Origin: Bugula neritina
Taxonomy: Eukaryota; Animalia; Bryozoa
Assembly: GCA_964035545.1 (NCBI GenBank)
Contig: OZ037768.1
Location: 1,240,001 to 1,304,000, forward strand
Direction of reading: 5' to 3'
DNA length: 64,000 nucleotides
This document shows, in pieces, positions 47,258-62,200 of the stretch. The translations under genes were made by a program, and so were the position numbers. Every line of letters starts with the position of its first letter. Positions within the stretch are counted from its first letter, which is position 1. A model generated the notes under the pieces. The model did not search any database. It was given only the letters and a program-made list of their open reading frames with translations, and was not told the origin of the DNA.

Positions 47258-50200
47258 TCACCTGTTTGACCTGATCCAACTGTCATCTGTCAACGTCTGG
47301 CCTGATGGAGGTCTACAAATACAGAACAGAGTAAGTAGAGATATACCATGGGGGGAGTAAAGGAGGGCATAGCAGCATAATGTAGGAGCTTTCTGGAATA
47401 TTCCAAACTAAGTTATAAGACATGAAGCTGGTGGTGCCGAGATGAAGGTTTCACCCAGCCACGATTTCCAACTTTTCCGTCAAAATTAAATCCTTTTTTT
47501 GTGGAAATTCCAAACAGTAATAATATTACAAAGTACAATGTAGGCTCTATAAACCCAGACTTTACTTATTCACAGCTTATTCATTGTGGAGCAATCCAAG
47601 CCATTTCACTAAATCTGAACATCAGCATGAGAAACCTTCCACTTTTCAAAATACATTCTCTTTTCAACAACTGGGTTAAAGCTGTTTTCTAACCTATAGA
47701 CTATAGAGTTTAGCAGAAGTAGGGAGTATTGACCCAAACTCAAACAATAAAGTGGAAACTGTAAGATACTGAGGCTAAGTGAACTGTGTGAAAGGGAAGC
47801 ACAGAAGGGATGTACACTATAACTATAGAGATATCAAACTGCATAAACATGGGAGAATCTAAAGGTAATCTGAAGTGGGAAATCAGTGAGTAGAAAGTCA
47901 TTAGAGTGAGTAGTGAGTAGAAAGAGTCATTAGAGTGAGTAGTGAGTAGAAAGAGTCATTAGAGAGAGTAGTGAGTAGAAACAGTCATTAGAGAGAGTAG
48001 TGAGTAGAAACAGTCATTAGAGAGAGTAGTGAGTAGAAAGTCATTAGAGAGAGTAGTGAGTAGAAAGTCATTAGAGAGAGTAGTGAGTAGAAACAGTCAT
48101 TAGAGAGAGTAGTGAGTAGAAACAGTCATTAGAGAGAGTAGTGAGTAGAAACAGTCATTAGAGAGAGTAGTGAGTAGAAAGTCATTAGAGAGAGTAGTGA
48201 GTAGAAAGTCATTAGAGAGAGTAGTGAGTAGAAACAGTCATTAGAGAGAGTAGTGAGTAGAAACAGTCATTAGAGAGAGTAGTGAGTAGAAAGTCATTAG
48301 AGAGAGTAGTGAGTAGAAAGTCATTAGAGAGAGTAGTGAGTAGAAACAGTCATTAGAGAGAGTAGTGAGTAGAAACAGTCATTAGAGAGAGTAGTGAGTA
48401 GAAACAGTCATTAGAGAGAGTAGTGAGTAGAAAGTCATTAGAGAGAGTAGTGAGTAGAAAGTCATTAGAGAGAGTAGTGAGTAGAAACAGTCATTAAAGA
48501 GAGTAGTGAGTAGAAACAGTCATTAGAGAGAGCAGAGAGTAGAAACAGTCATTAGAGAGAGTAGTGAGTAGAAAGAGTCATTAGAGAGAGTAAGACTGAG
48601 GCCTACTATTCTTATTACCACCACATACTAACACGAGATAAAAACCTGCTCCATTATAAGATTTGTGAGTAAATTTTTGGCTAGTAAGTCACCCCTACCC
48701 TGACAACGAGCACTAGCATGCACACAAAGCATGATGTGCTGAGATAACATGGGTTTAGTTGGCCTGCAGCCAACATTGCGGCTCCCACGACTCCGCACCC
48801 AGTGTTACATAAAAAGCAGAAAGCAAAAACACGTGACAGCGAATGCCACTTAAAGGAAAATAATGAAAAACAAACTGGAGAGATAAAAGCAATGACCTTG
48901 CCAAGGGCAGGTCATGTTGTTACTCGTAGCCAGGTGATGAATAACAACACAGAATTTTTCTAGTAATAAAAATTCTAAACAAAAAACATTTAAATAATAT
49001 ATGCAGGGGAGGTGTAGCTTGTAAATTTTTATTTAATGTTGAAATTTCATATATTTGACTTATTCCCTTATCCTGTAAATAACATCTATTATGTGAAAGG
49101 CTTGTTTGGTTATAATACAATGTTTTGTGCAAAGATGAAAAGTCTAGACAAAGTAGTAAGGGGTAAGCATCTTGATCCGCCCGCCGGAACATTGGTAAGT
49201 ATCCTTTACCCCCCATGCTAATCTACTCTGAGAATAATATATCTGTAAATAACATAATATATAGAGTGTTTATTATAAACTATATATATAAAGTCACCTA
49301 TTGTGGCTCTGTTTAGTCATGAAGCGGTCGATGATGTCATCAGGATCGTCCAATGAGATGTCATCACCAGCGATTGCCTTCAGCTTCTTCAACCTGTCGT
49401 TATTCTTCCTGGTGATTCTATCCGGGTCAATGCTGTGAACAGACTCGGTGTCTTTGGTCTGTAAACAGAGCAAGTCGGGTACAGCAAGGAAACATCACGT
49501 GTCTGAATGTTGGCTAACAGGGCATTAGAGGAATAGGAAAGACGACTCCTATACTACTAGCAAACTTGAGTATCAGTAACAGCTTACAGAATGGCAAAAC
49601 AGAAATAAATTAGAAAATTAGTAGAATGTTTGGGCTTTAAATTGTCTACCGCACTCTGAGAGCAACTCGAATGGAGAACAAACACATGGAACTCAAGCTA
49701 AGATAAAATACTTAAGCTAAAGTTGAGGCTAAAATTGGGAGCTGAATTCCACATCACAGACTTTAAGAATTGGTGAGATGGCAACACTCATTCGAAATGG
49801 AAAACACACAGCAGATGTAACTTGAAAGGCATAACAACTAAAATATTAGTTGTATCTCTCATAAGTTATATATCTCTGTCAAAAGTTGCAATCTAGCTAT
49901 ATAGTGTAAAATAGAGTTTTCAAAGCAAAAAGTCAAGTTAATAAAGGCAGCGGTTATTCAGAAAAACGGCAGCAATAGTAACCTGAGATGGTGGGTGGTA
50001 CACAGGTTCAATTTCATCTTCAAACACAACCTGACAGAACACAAACATAATTGATGTGAGCGATGCCAATGTGTGCTGTGTATTACAGCATATACGTGCG
50101 CTACTAGGTATATACCACATTACTTACTCTATAGATATGATCTGATTCTGTAATATCATTATACCTTGGTGTCACTAAAACTTAGACCAATTTAACAAAA

Positions 50201-53200
50201 ACTTTTGTGGCTACCATCAACATAACAATGTTATAAAAGTCATTTATTGAAGTACTGATGAATATATTAACCGATTTTAGATGTGGAAAATCACCCAAAT
50301 CACATTATAAACTTGCTGGTGTGGACTATTCGACCAATCAAATCACTGGAACTCCTACGACTCATGATTCAACAAAAATAGTAAATACAGCAAAGTATAC
50401 TATATATTATATACAGTATACTATATATTATATACAGTATATTATATATTATATACAGTATACTATATATTATATAGTGTATGCTATATATTATATACAG
50501 TATACTGTATACTATATATTATATACAGTATACTATATACTTCATACAATACACTATATAATATACTCAAGTTAACATCTGTTAGCACCTATTAACATGA
50601 TAAGCACATTTCCTGGAGATTAGGCTGATAAACGCTGAGTCATGCAAAGTCAAGACAAACATGCTAGCCAGTACTGATATAGCTGTGATAAACTGTAGCC
50701 ATGATTACATAACTTTCCAAGGTCAGGCCACGGTCAGACCAAGGTCAGGCCAAAGTCAGAGAGTTCACACAGTAGAACAGCAGCAAACTTCTCCCACAAT
50801 TAATTAGTTGAGAAAACAAATTCATACTGAGAGAGCAGCAAATGGAAAGGCAGCGCTGTCATGTTCTGTCAACCAATTAAAACCCTAGCTGAGGTTAACC
50901 AGCAACACTCGGTTAAATAACAACTCAGTCACACGCCAAACAGCACACAGTGTAACCTTTCTAGGCTCTCTCACGCCACGTTTCTGGCGATAATGGTTCA
51001 ACATGAGATCGGGGGTTTCCGGAGTACCGACGTACTGGCGCATCAACTGCGTGAAATCTGCATCCTGTGCATAAACACCGACTTTTAACTTCCATAGGAA
51101 TTATTGAGAACATAACAGATGATTCAATGGATTCAGTCTATTTCTTACAACTTCAGACTAATTTGAATATTTGCTACTATATCTGTTGGAAGTTGTGAAA
51201 TCTGCAGACAGTGGCACAGAACTTACATCTGCAGGTTTCATCTTCTCTCTCCTTCGTCTCCGAGCATCCTGATTGGTTGCCAGAGTATCAAAGTCATCAG
51301 GAAAGGCAGCTCTCATACCACTGTCGTCTGCAATGCATAAAACACATCAGCATTGCATATGAACTTGGATATGCCAACCAACTTTTAAAAAAAGAAAAAA
51401 TAATGGTTCGTTCATAGTGTTTCAAATTAACAGGCAGCAAAATCATTTTTGAACGTGACTTTTGTTGTTAAACTTGAAAGTACTTGAAAGTTATTCACTA
51501 CATAATCTATACGGCGATCAATTGGAAAATGTGCCAGCCATATAAACCTCTAGATTAGTTGAACATCATTAGCACTGGGTGTGAGCTGGGATATGCTGAG
51601 CTGTAGAGATAGATTAATCCCAAAGCAGGAAAACAGTACGTGACACCCATGCGTACACAAGTATACATCACATAAACAACATAAAAACTGGAGAATGAAG
51701 AGCCAGCATGTCTGCGGTCAATATTGCACAACAGTTGGCTACGCTCTACTGGTCGGCTCCAGTCCACAGTATAGGTGGTCAGTGAACAACATGTTGTGGG
51801 TGTGGCAGTGGGTGTGGCAGTGGGTGTGGCCTACGTGTTAGTCACGCTGATAGCTAGCGGTGTATTACAGTTACAAGTTGTCCGCTCTTGCTCAGGGAAT
51901 TGGTGAAACTACAGGAACTGAGTTTGTGTGGACTGCATACGCCCCAAACTTTCGCTTTGCCAGTGGGTAGAGAATAAGGCAGCAGTAAATACAATATAGA
52001 TGAATATAGTAAATAATAAATACCTATAAATGCAGAATCTGAATGTAGTAGTGAGGTAGCTGTTGTAGGCTTGGCTGCAATAAAATATTCAAATATTATG
52101 TTATATTATTTTATATATTATATTACTTTTAAAACCATAACTTTTAACTAGCAGCCCTCACTATAAAACAAGTAATCTAGCATTTTTTTCACAAACCAGT
52201 TTTCTTAGAATTTCATGTAGACTATTTAACTCCCCTATACTATAGCTTCTCTGTGACAAGAGCCCCTAGCATGTAGACTAGTTAACTCCCCTTTACTATA
52301 GTAACCCTGTGACAAGAGCCCTTAGCATGTAGACTATTCAACTCCCCTTTACTATAGCTTCTCTGTGACAAGAGCCCTTAGCATGTAGACTATTTAACTC
52401 CCCTTTACTATAGCTTCTCTGTGACAAGAGCCCCTAGCAGGTAGACTATTTAACTCCCCTTTACTATAGCTTCCCTGTGACAAGAGCCCTTAGCATGTAG
52501 ACTATTTAACTCCCCTTTACTATAGCTTCCCTGTGACAAGAGCCCTTAGCATGTAGACTATTTAACTCCCCTTTACTATAGCTTCTCTGTGACAAGTTTT
52601 CAAATAGACAATGCCAATGAGCCCTCTACTAAGAGACATAACTCCAATACAGGAGATAAACTAGGTTACACTAAAGCAGGTCTACAGTTTAAATGAAGAG
52701 CTCAGTGTTGAGTAACTGTACGAACCTGGAAGTTTCTGAGGTGGGGGGTCATCACCCTCCCCCTTAGTTCTTCTGCTGGCGGAGACAGGTTTCTTAGAGC
52801 GGGCTATTTCAAACACATCTATCTCATCACTTGAAAACAAAACAGTAAACAGTGTCTAAGGGAGATGCACTTGCAGTTGTAATAATGCTTTTAAATAACA
52901 CGGGAATGCAAATTATGGAAAACAAGATAGGAGAATTTATTTTAATTCGAAAATACATTATATAAGCAGCTATGAATAGCACAAACATTAGCATAATGAA
53001 GGGACAATAAAGCAATAGCTAAACACACTTACTCATCCCCTGTAAACCTGGTACGTGGGTCATACACATCTACTTCATTCTACAACATGGCAGGCACTGT
53101 ATACTATTATATAGTTACTTTGGGAAGACAACTTCATAAATCATTACAGGTTATCAGTTGCAATATGACCAACAAGGTCAAGTAACAGAAAGGGAAGATA

Positions 53201-56200
53201 ATTCTCAATAATCAAGCATAGAAACATGTATTCAAGTGAACTCCTGATGCCTGGCGCTAAATGATTCAGCAATTTTAATAAAGAAAAGCTGAGATAAAAA
53301 ATTGAAAGAGTTAGTATTACTGGTGCACAAGTAACCATGCAATGCTATCAATACGCCACACAATAATAGAACAACATTTCAACTATAATTAGAACAGCGT
53401 TACCTTAAACCTCGCCTTCCTATTGGCTGATTCAAATTTCTATAAGTTACATCAATAATAATAAATACCAAAATGAAATAGAAATAAACATTGTATGAGC
53501 ATGCTTATATGGGAGTTGGAATCTTCTCAAAATAATATCAACTAGTAAAAAAAATTAAAGGAGACGAATAATAAAATTATTATATTATTATAAAACAAAA
53601 AATACAATATTAAAATATTAGATATAATTGTACCATATTACAACAAATATAAAAGAAACTTAACATAAACAAACTACAAGCTGGCAAGAGTCTAATGTAG
53701 CTGATTAGTAAATAGTATGCAGACAATCAACACACCTTTTGCTGACTCAGGGCATTCTCCACACGCTGCCTCTCCTGCTGCAGCTGCTGCCTCATGCTAG
53801 CCAACTGATTCAGAACCTCCGCACCTGTGGTCAGAGTCAGTATAGGTGTCATACATCATGTGACACATAGAGTCAGTATAGGTGTCATACATCATGTGAC
53901 ACATATAGTCAGTATAGGTGTCATACATCATGTGACACATAATCAGTATAAGTGTCATACATCATGTGACACATAATCAGCATAGGTATCATACATCATG
54001 TGACACATAATCAGTATAGGTGTCATACATCATGTGACATACATAGTCAGCATAGGTGTCATACATCATGTGACACATAGAGTCAGTATAGGTGTCATAC
54101 ATCATGTGACACATAATCAGTATAAGTGTCATACATCATGTGACACATAATCAGTATAGGTGTCATACATCATGTGACACATAATCAGTATACACACGAG
54201 GGAGTATATAATGTAACACACTTACTCTGTGCTCGACTTTCTGCTCTCCTGTTCGAAAGTGGGCGGGGTGTAGGCTGGACACGACGAGAAGGTTCTGCTG
54301 TAGGTTCTGGTGTATTGTGGGAAGGCTCTGTCTCTCGGAGGAGCGGCTTAGAGTTCTGTTTGTGTAGAGAAGCAAAGAGTGGGTTGAGGTCAGCAAGAAA
54401 CATTAGTTTGTTTTGTAGTATAGTGTAGTGTAGTGTAGTATAGTGTAGTATAGTATAGTGTAGTGTAGTGTAGTGTAGAAGGTAGAGTAGTATAGTATAG
54501 TGTAGTGTAGTGTAGTGTAGTGTGTAGTATAGTATAGTGTAGTGTATAGTAGTATAGTGTAGTGTAGTATAGTGCAGTGTAGTGTAGTCTAGTATAGTGT
54601 AATATATAGAGTAGTATAGTGTAAAAGCAGTAAATAGTAGAAGTTACTAAACCCTGTCAGTACTTAATACAGTCAATCACTGGTCACCAACCACTTTAAC
54701 AGGAATTAATATACTTACACTATAGATATATAATCTAATCTTCTCAAGTGTTTATTATTAACAGAATAACAAACAAATCAATTCAAAATATAACATAACA
54801 GATAAAGGTGCTGCCTATTCAACTACAGTCAATACCAAGTGCTGCCTGATTATATAACTATGGCAGTCATAACTTAGCAATAAATGATACAAAAATAGTA
54901 ACAAATGATAGATTACCCTGACACGAACACTTCGAGGAGTCTACACAGATAGGAGATTAGTATGTGTTACTAATCAATTATTCAATAGATGTGACAGCAG
55001 TGATTAGTATAGTCGTCATATGAACATGGGGTATTATACACAATTTAATACCAAAGAATCACTTAAATTAAGAGTTATATGCCCACCCACTACATACTAG
55101 CCAGTATGCAGAGAGAGAATAAGGCTGACTGAGTGAGTAAATACTCTCCTAATGCAAGCAGCAGAACTAGAAGTTTCTAGAATAAACTCACACTAAGGGA
55201 CTCTGCATCATGCTGAGTTTTAGATCTCTGAGTAGGAAGGGGTGGTGATGGCTCCCTCACATCCTAAAGATAGAAATACGTAGTAGACTAGGGCTATGCA
55301 GACACCTCTAACTAATGTAAAGCCAACGTTCTAAACTCTCTTGTTTGAAAAAGGTAAAAATAAAGTCTGGCAAGTTAAAAAAACAAAATGAGAAAAACAG
55401 ACTCCCAGTTGAACTTCTCTTTCAGAAGACGCGACAGAATCTCGGCAGCTGATTTGTTGTAACTAGCTGACAACTATTCCATTATCAACACTCAAGATAC
55501 TAAGTGCTAAGAGAGAGACCAACTGCACACTCTCAGGAGAGAACTGAACCTACCAGTGAGCCGGGAGGCTGGGTTTTCGATCTCAAAGTTGGAATTGGAG
55601 GTGATTCAGCCCTGGGGTTGACCTGAACAGAAACATACAAGGAGTATAAGATCATGCACTTGGTCTTGCTACCTTATTCTGAATACCACAAGCACTACAG
55701 CACGCCACACCTCTACTCACACCTTATTCTACAGCACACCACACCTCTACTCACTGTAACAAATCTCACCTTATTCTACAGCACGTCACACCTCTACTCA
55801 CTGTAACAAATCTCACCTTATTCTACAGCACGTCACACCTCTACTCACTGTAACAAATCTCACCTTATTTTACAGCACGTCACATCTCTACTCACTGTAA
55901 CAAATCTCACCTTATTCTACAGCACACCACACCTCTACTCACTGTAACAAATCTCACCTTATTCTGAGCCTCACTCTGTCTCTTTTCGTCCTCTTCCCTC
56001 TCCTTCCTTTGCTTTTCCTTCTCTTGTTTTCTGCGATTCTCCTCGGCTTTCTGCCGCTCCTCTTCCGCAACCCGTCTCTTCTCTTCTGCTGCTTTCTTTA
56101 ACTCCTCATTCTTACGGCGAGTCTAGAATTCAATTACATGTATTTTATTACCAGTACTTACAAAATTATTATAAAAATAGAGTAATAATATCAAGATATG

Positions 56201-59200
56201 GGTGCATCTTGTACGATAACTAGATTAAAATTATACTCATTATTATGTTACTATATTGTTATTATCTTGTGAAATAGTTATATCTATACTATTATAATAT
56301 ATTGCTAGAGGCTTATTTATATTGTTATTATATTGCTAAATCAATTTCCAGTAAAAAAACTAAAATGAGAAAATAGTAAATAAACTTAAATTGTAAATTT
56401 ATTAGCAAGTTTCATGCATACATAACACAAGCTATCCCTAGTACCCTACACATAGCCCTAGTACCCTAGACATAGCCCTAGTACCCTACACGTAGCTCTA
56501 GTACCCTAGACATAGCCCTAGTACCCTACACATAGCCCTAGTACCCTACACATAGCCCTAGTACCCTACACATAGCCCTAGTACCCTACACATAGCCCTA
56601 GTACCCTACACATAGCCCTAGTACCCTACACATAGCCCTAGTACCCTACACATAGCCCTAGTACCCTACACATAGCCCTAGTACCCTACACATAGCCCTA
56701 GTACCCTACACATAGCCCTAGTACCCTACACATAGCCCTAGTACCCTACATATAGCCCTAGTACCTCCTCCTCCTTTGCCTTTAGCATGGCCTGCTCTGC
56801 CTCAAACTCCTTCTGGATCTTAATTCTGTCTTCCTCCAGTCTCTTCATCTCTCTCTCCTCTTCAGCCTTTATCTTCTGCTTCTCCTGTTCTGCTACTCTT
56901 TTCTTCTCTTCAATCTAAGTTATTAAATAATAACATAATAATATAAATATAATAATATAAATATAATAATATAAACATAATATAAATATTATAATACAAG
57001 CATGCTATCATACATTCCATCACAAACAGTATGCAAATTGGTTTTATATGATTAGAAATACAGAATATTACTAACTGTAGTATATATAATGAAAACACAT
57101 AATATGTAAAAGGCTGACCTGTAGTTTGAGTTCTTCCTTGTATCTATCTGCAGCAGTTTTCTGGACCTCAGTCTATTAAAATAAAGTTCGGACTAGCTTT
57201 ATTCCACACAACTAAACACTCAACTAGTGAAAGCTCAGTTTACATTGTAAGTTACAACTACATGATCACGAGGAGATAATTTCTCAACAAATACGCTACG
57301 CCTTGAATGAACATCGCAAGGATAGTGAGAGAATACAGACAGCAGGTTCACCGTACCCTCGGCTCGCCGAATATCCCGTTACCGCCTCGGCCATGTCCAT
57401 CAGCGGCAGTAGGCAGATTGATGCTGATGTCGGGAAAAGTTGAGTTGGCTCTGGGGGAGGCGACAGCAGCAACTGGTTCCTTTTGTACCTCCAGTCTGGG
57501 GGTCTGTCCCGTGTTTGACAGGTTCATCGTACGGAGGTCAGCTGAATGAAAACAGGTAAATGCATCTTTAAAATATCACTATAAGACAAAAATACAATTA
57601 AAATATTATAAACTAGCATTTTATGTGTGTGCGCGTGTATGCATATATGTATATGCATACATAATTAATGAAATATTAACTCTTTTGCAGTCTAGAGAAA
57701 ATTCACAAATAAATTTATATAAAGTGATTACGAGTATATGCATATAAAGTGATTACGAGTATATGCATATAAAGTGATTACGAGTATATGCATATAAAGT
57801 GATTACGAGTATATGCATATAAAGTGATTACGAGTATATGCATATCAAGTGATTACGAGTATATGCATATAAAGTGATTACGAGTATAAGCATATAAAGT
57901 GATTACGAGTATATGCATATCAAGTGATTACGAGTATATGCATATAAAGTGATTACGAGTATATGCATATCAAGTGATTACGAGTATAAGCATATAAAGT
58001 GATTACGAGTTTAAGCATATAAAGTGATTACGAGTTTATGCATATCAAGTGATTACGAGTATAAGCATATAAAGTGATTACGAGTTTAAGCATATAAAGT
58101 GATTACGAGTTTAAGCATATAAAGTGATTACGAGTTTAAGCATATAAAGTGATTACGAGTTTATGCATATAAAGTGATTACGAGTATATGCATATCAAGT
58201 GATTACGAGTATAAGCATATAAAGTGATTACGAGTTTAAGCATATAAAGTGATTACGAGTTTATGCATATCAAGTGATTACGAGTATAAGCATATAAAGT
58301 GATTACGAGTTTAAGCATATAAAGTGATTACGAGTTTATGCATATAAAGTGATTACGAGTTTATGCATATAAAGTGATTACGAGTATAAGCATATAAAGT
58401 GATTACGAGTTTATGCATATCAAGTGATTACGAGTATATGCATATAAAGTGATTACGAGTATAAGCATATAAAGTGATTACGAGTATATGCATATAAAGT
58501 GATTACGAGTATATGCATATCAAGTGATTACGAGTTTATGCATATAAAGTGATTACGAGTTTAAGCATATAAAGTGATTACGAGTTTATGCATATAAAGT
58601 GATTACGAGTTTATGCATATAAAGTGATTACGAGTATAAGCATATAAAGTGATTACGAGTTTATGCATATCAAGTGATTACGAGTATATGCATATAAAGT
58701 GATTACGAGTATAAGCATATAAAGTGATTACGAGTATATGCATATAAAGTGATTACGAGTATATGCATATCAAGTGATTACGAGTATATGCATATCAAGT
58801 GATTACGAGTATAAGCATATAAAGTGATTACGAGTATAAGCATATAAAGTGATTACGAGTATATGCATATAAAGTGATTACGAGTATATGCATATCAAGT
58901 GATTGCGAGTATATGCATATAAAGTGATTACGAGGATATGCATATCAAGTGATTACGAGTATAAGCATATCAACTACTCACCAACAACATTCCCTGACGT
59001 GTCCTTGACCGGAGCCCCAGCTCCGCCTCTACCAAACGGGTTGTAGTTGGCAATCTCTTGCGTCAGCTTGCGGTCGTATGCTTCTTGTTCAGCTTTCTTG
59101 GCAGCAGCTATTCGCTGCTTCTCCTCCATCTACCAAACCAATATGTTGACAGTATATATTATACAGTATATATTACACGGTATATATTACACGGTATATA

Positions 59201-62200
59201 TTACACGGTATATATTACACGGTATATATTACACGGTATATATTACACGGTATATATTACACGGTATATATTACACGGTATATATTACACGGTATATATT
59301 ACACGGTATATATTACACGGTATATATTACACGGTATATATTATACGGTATATATTATACAGTATATATTACACAGTATATATTACACAGTATATATTAT
59401 ATAGTATATATTACACAGTATATATTACACAGTATATATTACACAGTATATATTACACAGTATATATTACACAGTATATATTACACAGTATATATTATAC
59501 AGTATATATTATATAGTATATATTATATAGTATATATTACACAGTATATATTATACAGTATATATTACACAGTATATATTACACAGTATATATTACACAG
59601 TATATATTATATAGTATATATTACACAGTATATATTACACAGTTTATATTATTACTTGTTTCTTCAACTCATTCTGATAGGACTGCTGGGAGTCCTTCTT
59701 CAACTTGTTCCTGTCTACCCTCTCCGAGGGAAAAGCCCCCACCGCCATGGCAGTGGATCTGAAGGAAGGGTTGGTGGGAGGCGGTTGGGCTAGAGGCTGA
59801 GAGGTGTCCGGATACTGAGGGGGTCCCAGTGGTGGAGCAGTGAAGTTTGCTAGGGGTTCGTGAGTGCCATAGTAGTTGTAAACAGGGTCAGCGGGGGTCT
59901 GATAGATTTGTGGGGGGCCAGTATTGTACGGCTGTTGGAAATATCTACAGAAATATGTGTCATAACATACTCCGTGCTCTTCTACTACGCTACATCCTCT
60001 ATATTGTGTAGCTAGTATATAATACACTACATTCTATATTATATATTACAGTATACATCCCAGTATATATTACAGTATATATATTACAGTATATATATTA
60101 CATTATATATTACAGTATATATTATAGTATATAATATATTACAGTATACATCACAGTATACATCACAGTATATATTACAGTATATATTATATTACAGTAT
60201 ATGTTATATTACAGTATATATTACAGTATATATTATATTATAGTATATATTATATTACAACATACGGCTGGCTCTGTTGAGGTGGGAGTTGTCTGTTCTG
60301 ACTGAGGAATGACGGTTCATAGAGCCCAGTGAATCCTCTCTCCAGCACACTGGGAGGCAGACCAGGTCTCACGGCATTTCCTCTAGGGGATGTGTCTACC
60401 AGGTCTCGTCTCTCGTTCAGAATAGAGGCTAAAGGTCGTCTGTCATCCAGCAAGGAAGTTGATTGGTCGCTGAAGCAAACAGGATGTGTTTTAGAACTAT
60501 TCTTATGGGGGAGGATACAACTCCAATGTAAACATCTCATCTAACACTATATTCACATGCGTTGTTTAGAATACCTGTAGGGTAACTTGGGGGGCGGGTA
60601 GGGGTTGTCAAAAGAGGGGAAATTGTTCTCCCTTGCATAAGTCCCGGGGTCACTGTAGTATGAACAAAGAGTACTTACAATAGAATAGTGAAGACACGCA
60701 ATAACATAGATTGTTTACACACAATGGCTGACTGTCACCATGGTTACGAGCAGCAAACGCACCTTTGACGGCCTCTCACAACTCCTTTCATCTGCTGCTG
60801 CAAGTCCTGTCTGTACTGCTCTTTACGCTTTCGGGCAGCACTCGCCGTCTCATTGCTGCCGATAGCCAAACCCGTGAGGCCATCTTTAGGTGGGACAGAC
60901 CTTGACCTTTCATAGGGGTCAGATGCCTTTGGCTCCGGGTCGTGATAGAATGACCTGCTTCTACCTTGTTTACTGTACTCCTGCATGGTGAAAGGCAAGG
61001 TCAATACAGAGTCAAGGTCAAAAAAGGTCAAAAGTATGAAAATAATAATGGAAAAGTAAAGTAATTAGTAAAAAGGCAGATAAATAAGAGAAAGTAACAA
61101 ATAGTTTCAGCAATAGAAGCGACAACTTGACTATACAGTGAGGATGTAAGACAAGTGAGTTGTGCTAAGTATAACATAGAAAGCACAAGTTCTGCTAGAT
61201 AAGATGAAACTATAATATATGTACACAACCAATACAATACTCAGTCACAGTTACCTCAGTAGGGGACGCTACATCCGCCACCCCAAACTTCTGCTTAATT
61301 TTTTTGAGCTTTGAAAAATAAACAGAGAAAAAATAAAAACATGAACAGAAAACTTGAATTAGTTTCTAGCAGAGAGCTGCTACTCATACAGACATCAGGA
61401 GTGTTAGTGTGTGGTTGTGAAGATGAGGAATGGGGAGTGAGAGGTCCACCCACATGCAAAGGGCAAACAGGTTTTAGGTCTGAAGGTGTGAAATGTGATC
61501 CACATTGCAAGCACTTAGTGGCAGAGGAGTGGCAAGAATGAGCAGGTGTGCTGTAAATAGACAGGTAGGGTGACATGAATGAGCAGGTGGGCTATAAATA
61601 GACAGTTAGGGTGACATGAATGAGCAGGTGTGCTGTAAATAGACAGTTAGAGTGACATGAATGAGCAGGTGGGATGACAGTGTCAACAGGAAATATGCCA
61701 AGATGAGCTGGCAGAGCACTCAGTGAGTTCAACTCAACTTCAGTTGAAGAAGTCAGAAGTTTTTAGAATTAAGAGAATATAAAAATATTGCTAAATGTTT
61801 GAAGAGAATACATCAGAGGAAGAGAAAGTGGGAAGAATCTTTTAGACTAAAATTTACATAAACAAAATACAAGTCTCAACATGACTTTCAATATTATATC
61901 AATATTCAATATTATATCAATACTCAATATTATATCAATATTCAATATTATATCAATACTCAATATTACATCAATACTCAATATTATATCAATATTCAAT
62001 ATTATATCACTACTCAATATTATATTAATACTTAATATTATATCACTACTCAATATTATATCAATATTCAATATTATATCAATATTCAATATTTTATCAA
62101 TACTCAATATTATATCAATACTCAATATTATATCAATACTCAATATTATATCAATATTCAATATTATATCAGTACTCAATATTATAACAATATCCAATAT

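Noticed and set aside
48920-49226. Alternative terminal CSPP1 exon or small ORF
   Set aside because: The conserved-looking C-terminus is supplied by exon 47312-47258; this ORF has no recognisable similarity.
338-58972. CRISPR-like appearance of regular 20-56-bp repeats
   Set aside because: Units are head-to-tail with no unique spacers, there are no cas genes, and the context is a spliceosomal-intron eukaryote.
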